Positions 57,672-64,000 of a stretch of DNA of 64,000 nucleotides are shown here, one piece after another. The translations under genes were made by a program, and so were the position numbers. A model generated the notes under the pieces. It was not told the DNA's origin, did no database searches, and saw nothing but the letters and a program-made list of their open reading frames with translations. This DNA is from Promethearchaeota archaeon (GTDB lineage Archaea; Asgardarchaeota; Hermodarchaeia; Hermodarchaeales; Hermodarchaeaceae): the NCBI GenBank assembly GCA_048938385.1, contig JBHLMG010000010.1:1-64000 (forward strand). Reading direction: 5' to 3'. The first letter of the stretch is position 1. Each line of letters begins with the position of its first letter.

Positions 57672-58465
57672 GACGACTAGCTGAACAGTATGAGTTACTA
57701 GACATTGACCCCATGCAATGGGTGAATCTGCTTTCCTTACTCCCTGAGTTAACTGCGGAAAAAGGGATTCTCTACTTATTATTCCACGGGTCAGAAATTA
57801 TTCAAGCGTTCCATTCTTTGCAGGGTATTCGTCCTGATCTAACAGGTCCCTTTTCCACTCCATCGATTGTGATTCAGCAGCTCCAACAACGAGAAGAGGT
57901 AGATGCCGTCATTCTACTTGAGCAGGGACTTGCTGTTTACCTGCTTGCCAAGATGCAGGGAGCTTTCGCACCAGAAATGGATATCATGCAGTTTTTTGAA
58001 GTCGCTCAGGAAAGTATTGAAGAGGAGAAGGGACGACGATTATTTGTTTGGCCTGATGAATTCTGGGATAAGGGAACTTTCGGATTCTTAGGGCGAATTC
58101 ACAAGCTCATAGAAGCCTTACCACTTGATTTTGTCTTAGCGTTGGCAGTTTTTGAGGAAAACCGGATCTGGGCTAGTCTTATTATCCAGCGGTCTGAGGG
58201 ACAAATCCGAAGAATCACCACCTCACAACACTTAGAATCGTTTAACCTGAACTTTGAAGACTGGCAGACGGAGTATATTATGTTCAATCAAGCAGTTACT
58301 CAACTATTTGGTCGCCCCAACCTGGGTATATTTACTGATGATGAAACGCTTCGATTTCTTATCAAAAGTGAATCTCCGTTGGAGTTTTTACGTCAAGCTT
58401 ATAAAAAAGGGCAAATCATCATTGATCCGATTCCCCCTTCAATTCGTAACAGGCTTCAGCGTTAA
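57668..58465 (+). CDS. Hypothetical protein
   Basis: ATGA overlap with the glycosidase and a GAGGTGA RBS. Confidence 0.75.
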   Translation: MRRLAEQYELLDIDPMQWVNLLSLLPELTAEKGILYLLFHGSEIIQAFHSLQGIRPDLTGPFSTPSIVIQQLQQREEVDAVILLEQGLAVYLLAKMQGAFAPEMDIMQFFEVAQESIEEEKGRRLFVWPDEFWDKGTFGFLGRIHKLIEALPLDFVLALAVFEENRIWASLIIQRSEGQIRRITTSQHLESFNLNFEDWQTEYIMFNQAVTQLFGRPNLGIFTDDETLRFLIKSESPLEFLRQAYKKGQIIIDPIPPSIRNRLQR

Positions 58466-59391
58466 CGGCGTCGACGAATGAACAGTCCGATTAAGATGAT
58501 GATAACACAGTACATCACAACACTGAGAATTAAGAGTAGTTCGGGGGGAAGAACTAGCCAGTATCCTACAGGGGGACCACCTGGTTCAACCTGAAGGGAC
58601 ATGTCCTCGGGATAAGCATCATCGATCACTGGGATAGGAGCTGTGTGATTGCTCATCACGGCATAATATGGGAAAGCAGGAAAGACCACCGAGGAAATGT
58701 ACTCCCGAGTTAAGGGTGTAGCAAATGCAAAGGCTTCCTCCACCACCACTTCCCCATCATCATCGGCATCGGCTGAAGCGTTCTGAAACGCATTGGTTAA
58801 GAAGTGATTGAATACATCACCAATAATTGGAAGCCCTTCTTCGGGTAACCCCGCCCAAGAATACTCGCCCACCTGTGAGGATGCCAAGTGCACATGACCT
58901 GCAGAATCAGTTCGCACTGGATTAATCATCGCCTCTGACCCACAAGCAGATACGACCAAGACTTTTTCCTGGCTAGCTAAATTTAACCAGCCTGATGAAA
59001 ACCAATTCTCCCAGTGCATTTCGTTTAGTATCCAATTTCCATGGGCAAAGATGTAAAAAAGAACAACATCATTAGCGTCCGCGTTTTGTGCGAGGAAGTG
59101 AAGTGCTGCTTCACCCACGGATTGCGTAAGCGAGTCCTGATAGATTTGAATGTGATGGGTTTGCCATCCCAGCACAAGGAGTGTTGAGATCCATTTCTGG
59201 ACATCGCTGAAACCGGTGGGCAAATCGGAATTCGTGCCAGGGTAATCATCCATTTCTAAAAGGACTGCCCAACCTTCTCTGGGATTATTTGGTAATTGAC
59301 TAGTTACGATTCTTGGCAGGAGTAGAACTCCAAGCATCATGAAGAGGACGCTCAGTTGTTTTATCAAAAGTCTTCGGTGATATCTTGCCAC
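58462..59391 (-). CDS. Membrane-anchored caspase-fold (clan CD) cysteine peptidase
   Basis: WAVLL..DDY, VLFYIFAHG and VLVVSACGS dyad motifs. Signal peptide from GTG 59391 and C-terminal TM followed by RRRR. Confidence 0.82.
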   Translation of the reverse strand: MARYHRRLLIKQLSVLFMMLGVLLLPRIVTSQLPNNPREGWAVLLEMDDYPGTNSDLPTGFSDVQKWISTLLVLGWQTHHIQIYQDSLTQSVGEAALHFLAQNADANDVVLFYIFAHGNWILNEMHWENWFSSGWLNLASQEKVLVVSACGSEAMINPVRTDSAGHVHLASSQVGEYSWAGLPEEGLPIIGDVFNHFLTNAFQNASADADDDGEVVVEEAFAFATPLTREYISSVVFPAFPYYAVMSNHTAPIPVIDDAYPEDMSLQVEPGGPPVGYWLVLPPELLLILSVVMYCVIIILIGLFIRRRR

Positions 59392-59500
59392 AGAATCACA
59401 TTCAATAGATACATCTTGAGGCGCTGTTATATTAATAACCCGTAAGAGGTCAGAAGAAAAAAGGGGAAACTGCACAAAAAGCAACTTGAAAAATTATGGT

Positions 59501-60415
59501 TCAGAGCTTTTCAAGACACAGATGAACCAATTTCTTGTCTTTATCCTGAAGGGTTCCAAGGATTTTCCCTTGAGCCTGTGCAGTTCCCTTGCCTTTCTGA
59601 ATTTCTAATTTCGCGCTTAACTTTTGCAGTTCTTGGAGAATCGTATCACGAATAGAGGTGACTTTTTTTGGAGGAGTTGGTTTCGGGGCTGCGATTTCAA
59701 AGGCAAAGCGTTCCACTAAATGGTTATGGAATGCCTGATAGGTTTTAGGATTATCGAAGACTTCCACAGCTTGAACTCTGCCTTCACTTATCACGGCTAA
59801 TCCGACCTGTTGTTGTTGAGGAGTTATCTGTGCGATTTCGTCGCGAATAGCATCCATGGCTTTTCCTTGCACATGGCTAAGTCGAGAGGAAGTTTCAGAA
59901 GCATCGAGTAGTTGTTTCCCTTTGAGTTTACTCGTCTTCAGTTTCTCACGATATCCATGAACTTTACTCCAAACCCGATCTTGTCCAGCAACGCTTTGGG
60001 TGATAGATACCCCTCGTACTCCTGGAGCAGCTACACTATAGTGCTCGACATCGGTCATCAGGCATTGATATTCGCGGATGGGGTGGATATCATGAGTACA
60101 ACGACAGGGTAATTCTATTTGGATTTTAGGAGGGACGAGGTGGCTCCCAATGATAATGCGTGATTGAGTGCCTTCAGCATGCACATCCATTCCAGCAATG
60201 AACAATACGGGAAGCTTCGCCCTGTTGAAGACTAAGACCGCGTTGATGTCACCAGAGTCGCGAAGGTCAAGAAGGCCCTTTTGCAAGGCTTCGTGAGCGG
60301 TGAGGTAGTCCCGTGGAACAGCCTGTGACGGGCACAAGATAGGGATGAAGTGCGCGTTTCCAATTTGGTGAGCACCTCCCAATTCGAGAGCGTCCAAGGC
60401 TTTTATTAGGTCCAT
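59501..60415 (-). CDS. ARPP-1/DUF6569-like protein
   Basis: YLT..EAL..G..V.N..LPVL..G..G.Q.R..L.C.C, Q..VW and QVGLAV..VEVF patterns. Confidence 0.7.
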   Translation of the reverse strand: MDLIKALDALELGGAHQIGNAHFIPILCPSQAVPRDYLTAHEALQKGLLDLRDSGDINAVLVFNRAKLPVLFIAGMDVHAEGTQSRIIIGSHLVPPKIQIELPCRCTHDIHPIREYQCLMTDVEHYSVAAPGVRGVSITQSVAGQDRVWSKVHGYREKLKTSKLKGKQLLDASETSSRLSHVQGKAMDAIRDEIAQITPQQQQVGLAVISEGRVQAVEVFDNPKTYQAFHNHLVERFAFEIAAPKPTPPKKVTSIRDTILQELQKLSAKLEIQKGKGTAQAQGKILGTLQDKDKKLVHLCLEKL

Positions 60416-60597
60416 TAGGGTTTCTTGGGTTTCAGTTATTGTGGTTCACCATTCCATTACACGAAATTTGTAATTTAATTACACCTAACGCGCTAAGTAT
60501 AAAAATTTTAGCACGCCCTGACAATGAAGGATAAAAGCCTAACAAAACCCCCATTTGGGAGCGAATTAAAATGGCTGGTTTTCCCGGGGATTAGGCT

Positions 60598-61521
60598 TTA
60601 GCGGGTTCGATCGAGTTTAGCTAGACGGTCCAGGAGTTGTTTTCGTTTCCGTTTGTAGAAACCCTCCGTGACTCGCCCATCTTTATGTTGGAGTTCTAAT
60701 GCACCTAAAAGATCGAGAACAGCATCTCGTTCGATCAGGGCCTCCGAGAGATATTCTACTCGATAGACTTCGTCGGATAGATCCCCCTTTTCTCTCGATG
60801 AAATCAGCAGCGATTCCACTTCATCAGGAGCGATGGTGATGGTTGTAACTTCAGTTTCTAGATAATCAATAGCAGATTGTATCTTCGTTTCAGTTTCTTC
60901 TGTCGTTGTGGTTGTCGCAGAGATTTCGTCATGCAAGGTCTGTGAAGCTGGTCTATTCTTAAGTAGAGGAAGAAGCCACGCAGGAAGTGCATCGTATTGT
61001 TCAGCCGTCGGATACCGCGAAATATCCACTGATTCTTCTTCTTGGATCCTGTCTTCAGCCCTAGCTCGACGACGGAGATGGGCACCCTCTTGTCGTCGCC
61101 TCTGTCTTCGAGATGCCGTTCCTCGCTCAGCATTTGCTTCGCGCCGTCGACTGTGTGATCGTATTTCAGTGTATAATACTCCGAACGCTGAATTTAACAA
61201 CAATACAAGGAGGAGTGTTACTGCACTAACTAAGGATATTAAACTCCCAAATGTGATGAGCGCGTAGAGAGGGTGACTTGAACCCCATGAAGTCGAAAGA
61301 ATCCCTAACCAGCCTGCGATGACAAGAAGAAGGATTGCAGTGAAGATGAGGAGACGATAACGATGCCAAGACCGACCCAAGTCTTCTGAGGGATGTCGGC
61401 TTGTGTTTGCGCCATTGGGTTCGTCGGGGTAGGACCCAGGCTCAGAGGGGGGGCGAATTGCCGAGACAACTCCGCGTTGAGATGTGAATCGGACCCACTT
61501 AAAAGTTCGGGCAGGAACCAC
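60598..61521 (-). CDS. Two-TM membrane protein with Arg-rich region and SHOCT/CdvA-like C-terminal hairpin
   Basis: Two hydrophobic helices and a C-terminal LELQHKDGRVTEGFYKRKR motif. Starts 6 nt after the mannosidase. Confidence 0.75.
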   Translation of the reverse strand: MVPARTFKWVRFTSQRGVVSAIRPPSEPGSYPDEPNGANTSRHPSEDLGRSWHRYRLLIFTAILLLVIAGWLGILSTSWGSSHPLYALITFGSLISLVSAVTLLLVLLLNSAFGVLYTEIRSHSRRREANAERGTASRRQRRRQEGAHLRRRARAEDRIQEEESVDISRYPTAEQYDALPAWLLPLLKNRPASQTLHDEISATTTTTEETETKIQSAIDYLETEVTTITIAPDEVESLLISSREKGDLSDEVYRVEYLSEALIERDAVLDLLGALELQHKDGRVTEGFYKRKRKQLLDRLAKLDRTR

Positions 61522-61527
61522 CCTTGT

Positions 61528-64000
61528 TTAAGATTCCTTTGGGGTGACTTTAAGCGTTTGAATTTGGTAAGGAGCGGTGGGAATTGTGAAGGTGTTACTT
61601 CCTGCCGATTTTACCAGAGATTGCTTGAAAGGCTTTTCATCCAGAGTTGCCTCCGTTACATTTAGAGTTGGTGAAAAACCGAAGGAAAGGTGTGTGGTTG
61701 TGGGTTCTCCATGGAGTTCGTAGATGCGGAGTATCGCGTTTTCGGAAGCTTCGGCTTTTTTGAGAATACTGAATGCTACATTGCTTGGGGTTAGGTCGAG
61801 GAAGCTGTGTTTTGGCGGGAGAGAGTTCTCTTCTGTGGTAAAGAGTTGCATGGCTTTCAGAGGCACCACGAAGGTTTGAACCTGTGTGCGAACTGTTGGG
61901 TGTTGCCAAGTACCCTGGTGTGGAATTATGGAGTAGTGGAAGGTGTGGTCCCCAAGGCATTGGGCACCGGGTGTGGCGATTTCTGGACCAGCATGTCCTC
62001 GACGGGTAGTGAGATCATTACGAGAGAGCCAGCCTACGCATCGGAGTAGCGTGAGGGCAATGGTGCGTTTCGTATCGGTGAGTACTTCATATTCAGGGAG
62101 ACCACGGGAGGCAATGAGGAGTCCTTTGTCATCATCTGTGACATCGACGAAGGTTTGGAGGGCATGGGTTGTGGTGGAATCTTCAAACCAACCCATGTGC
62201 TTCCCGGGCACATTTGGTTGCTTGAGAATTGAGGTCATGTAGTAGTCTATCATCATCGGATATAACGGCGCCTCCCAGTCTTGTGAAGCCGGTGTGAGGG
62301 GGCGTTCAATGACATAGAAAGGGGTATCACCCCATGCAGTATCGGTAGCAAGGTGAGTAGGAAAGAGTACGCGCAGCCGGTGGTCGAGAACCCTATTCGA
62401 GACATTAGTTTGAACATCAACTCGCGGGCTTTGCGCGTAGATAGTGATGAGGTTTTCAACAGGAAGCTCAACCAATTGAGCCGCCCGTCGCCGGCGTGAA
62501 GCCTCTAATCCTTGAGGTATCTGCAACCGCAATCGCGCCTTCAATGTCACAGCAACTGGTCCTGCCTCAACAACCCGCACCTCACAGTCAGAAACCTCCT
62601 GACTAGAAATCACATCATCTAACTCCGGAGGACAATATGTGTACTCATCCCCCCGATCCCCACCATCCTCAAACACCAACACCGACGAATACCGCTGCCC
62701 TGTACCCTTATCAACCACTCCCACCACTCCATTCTCACACCCCACCTCAACCCGTACACGCTTATTCTCCACCACCATCAACCCAGCCTCTTCTATTACA
62801 GTCACCCCACCAACTACATCCCCCGCCATCATCGACGCCCCTTCAGCCACAAATAGCGTCTCCACCCCCAATCCTACAACCTCCACTAACACCGTCACCA
62901 CCAACCGCCCCTCTAATCCTCCGCCCTCAGGTTCCCCCACAAACCCCCGAGGGAGAGAGTGGAGCTCAAGGAGAGGAAGGAAAGATGGATCCATCTCTAT
63001 CGCAGGAATAATTTGTGCAGGTAGCCGATTGCCCTCTGAATCATAAACACCAATTTTGGTGATGTCGCTGAATGGTTTGATTGGTTGTATGAGTACGCGT
63101 ACGGGACTGGTATGGGTCCATGGGTGTGGATTAAAGATCCGAATTGTCGCTATACAGGGCTGTGGTACCTTTGGAGAGGGAGTAGAGCCGGTTAGTTGGT
63201 TGATGTAGTTTACAGCATCACTGAGGATTTGGTTTCCGAGTTGTTGACTCCAAGCCGAGCGGCGTTCCATATCGGCATGGGTAGCATCAACGCTACAACC
63301 ACAAATCGAATCGTGAGGATGATTTTGGAGTACCTGTTCCCAGGCGCGGCGTAATCCTTCAGCGGGGTAGGGGGCACCGTGCCACCAAGCAATGGTGGCG
63401 AAGGGTTCAGCCCATCGTTCCAAGAGTTGTTGGGTGGCAAAATTAGCCTGTTTGAGATAGATACGGGATGAAAAGACGCCTGAAAGTATAGAGATGTATT
63501 TGCTGCTATGTTGTTCTCCTTCAATTCGGGATAACTGATTTAGGTCAACTTCTTGGCGGATAATGTCAAGGTAGTCTTGGAGAGTGCCCTGCTTGAATTT
63601 TACACCTTGCATTTCTTGCAAGAAATCACTAAAAACTTCATCTAGAAATGGGCTTATTTGGTCGATGCCGGTGACTTCGGTTGTGATCGGGCTTTTACCT
63701 AGATCCCCTAGGAGTTGGGAAACAGATCGTCCTTGAAGTATATCTTGGGTTTGTAGGCGTTGATTTAGCTTTTTAAGCAGATTGGGAAGAAAGGGTTGGG
63801 GAGGAAGGTGGTCGCTGCCATTCATCAACAAGATAGCAGAGCTCATAGCACGCAGAGATAAGACCTTCATGGGCATCAGTAACTGCGCCAACGAAGCATC
63901 GACGGAATTAGGAAGGTTAGCTGCAGTAGAATAACTAGTGCGTAAATGAACGAGAAGCACTTCTGACCCGTCAGGTGCGCGCCAAAGTAATTCAGTCGGC
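61528..64000 (-). CDS. GH38 alpha-mannosidase/mannosylglycerate hydrolase-like (5' end outside window)
   Basis: LLWRAPDGSEVL at the window edge, GSDH, GVFSSRIYLKQAN, NHPHDSICGCSVD, DHRLRVLF and LTLLRCVG. Confidence 0.9.
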   Translation of the reverse strand, partial: PTELLWRAPDGSEVLLVHLRTSYSTAANLPNSVDASLAQLLMPMKVLSLRAMSSAILLMNGSDHLPPQPFLPNLLKKLNQRLQTQDILQGRSVSQLLGDLGKSPITTEVTGIDQISPFLDEVFSDFLQEMQGVKFKQGTLQDYLDIIRQEVDLNQLSRIEGEQHSSKYISILSGVFSSRIYLKQANFATQQLLERWAEPFATIAWWHGAPYPAEGLRRAWEQVLQNHPHDSICGCSVDATHADMERRSAWSQQLGNQILSDAVNYINQLTGSTPSPKVPQPCIATIRIFNPHPWTHTSPVRVLIQPIKPFSDITKIGVYDSEGNRLPAQIIPAIEMDPSFLPLLELHSLPRGFVGEPEGGGLEGRLVVTVLVEVVGLGVETLFVAEGASMMAGDVVGGVTVIEEAGLMVVENKRVRVEVGCENGVVGVVDKGTGQRYSSVLVFEDGGDRGDEYTYCPPELDDVISSQEVSDCEVRVVEAGPVAVTLKARLRLQIPQGLEASRRRRAAQLVELPVENLITIYAQSPRVDVQTNVSNRVLDHRLRVLFPTHLATDTAWGDTPFYVIERPLTPASQDWEAPLYPMMIDYYMTSILKQPNVPGKHMGWFEDSTTTHALQTFVDVTDDDKGLLIASRGLPEYEVLTDTKRTIALTLLRCVGWLSRNDLTTRRGHAGPEIATPGAQCLGDHTFHYSIIPHQGTWQHPTVRTQVQTFVVPLKAMQLFTTEENSLPPKHSFLDLTPSNVAFSILKKAEASENAILRIYELHGEPTTTHLSFGFSPTLNVTEATLDEKPFKQSLVKSAGSNTFTIPTAPYQIQTLKVTPKES

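Noticed and set aside
62637-63046. Pro/Thr-rich plus-strand ORFs of 124 and 135 aa
   Set aside because: They are antisense shadows of the GH38 gene produced by the local C/A skew.
1-64000. rRNA, tRNA, SRP or RNase P RNA, prophage or transposase
   Set aside because: No cloverleaf, conserved rRNA/SRP motifs, integrase or transposase was seen. Intergenic spaces are short. A covariance search was not possible.

Overview
Gene-dense chromosomal window, most likely from an Asgard archaeon. The assignment is inferred from archaeal TATA/BRE promoters and GGTGA/GGAGG ribosome-binding sites, the archaeal HMG-CoA synthase-thiolase-DUF35 operon, and many eukaryote-signature proteins: two Rab-like GTPases, two longin proteins, DENN/folliculin-like domains and a gelsolin-like protein. 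About 50 plausible CDS are present. I found no rRNA, tRNA, CRISPR array or transposase. Highlights: (1) a co-oriented longin-DENN gene, a small three-gene ExeA-like AAA+-wHTH operon and a very eukaryote-like Rab at 49.9-53.7 kb; (2) a 3299-aa receptor-like surface protein with tandem ~100-aa repeats and a duplicated cytoplasmic domain, preceded by a structured 5' leader and divergent from a Zn-finger/DENN-like gene; (3) a histidine pseudokinase plus atypical receiver pair; (4) a second structured leader ahead of the mevalonate operon; (5) a membrane-anchored, outward-facing caspase-fold protease; (6) an HSR1-like regulator/hsp20 divergon with visible operators; (7) candidate CTG starts, a possible amber readthrough and a sharp local GC-skew flip. 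All family calls come from motif recognition by eye, not from database searches.
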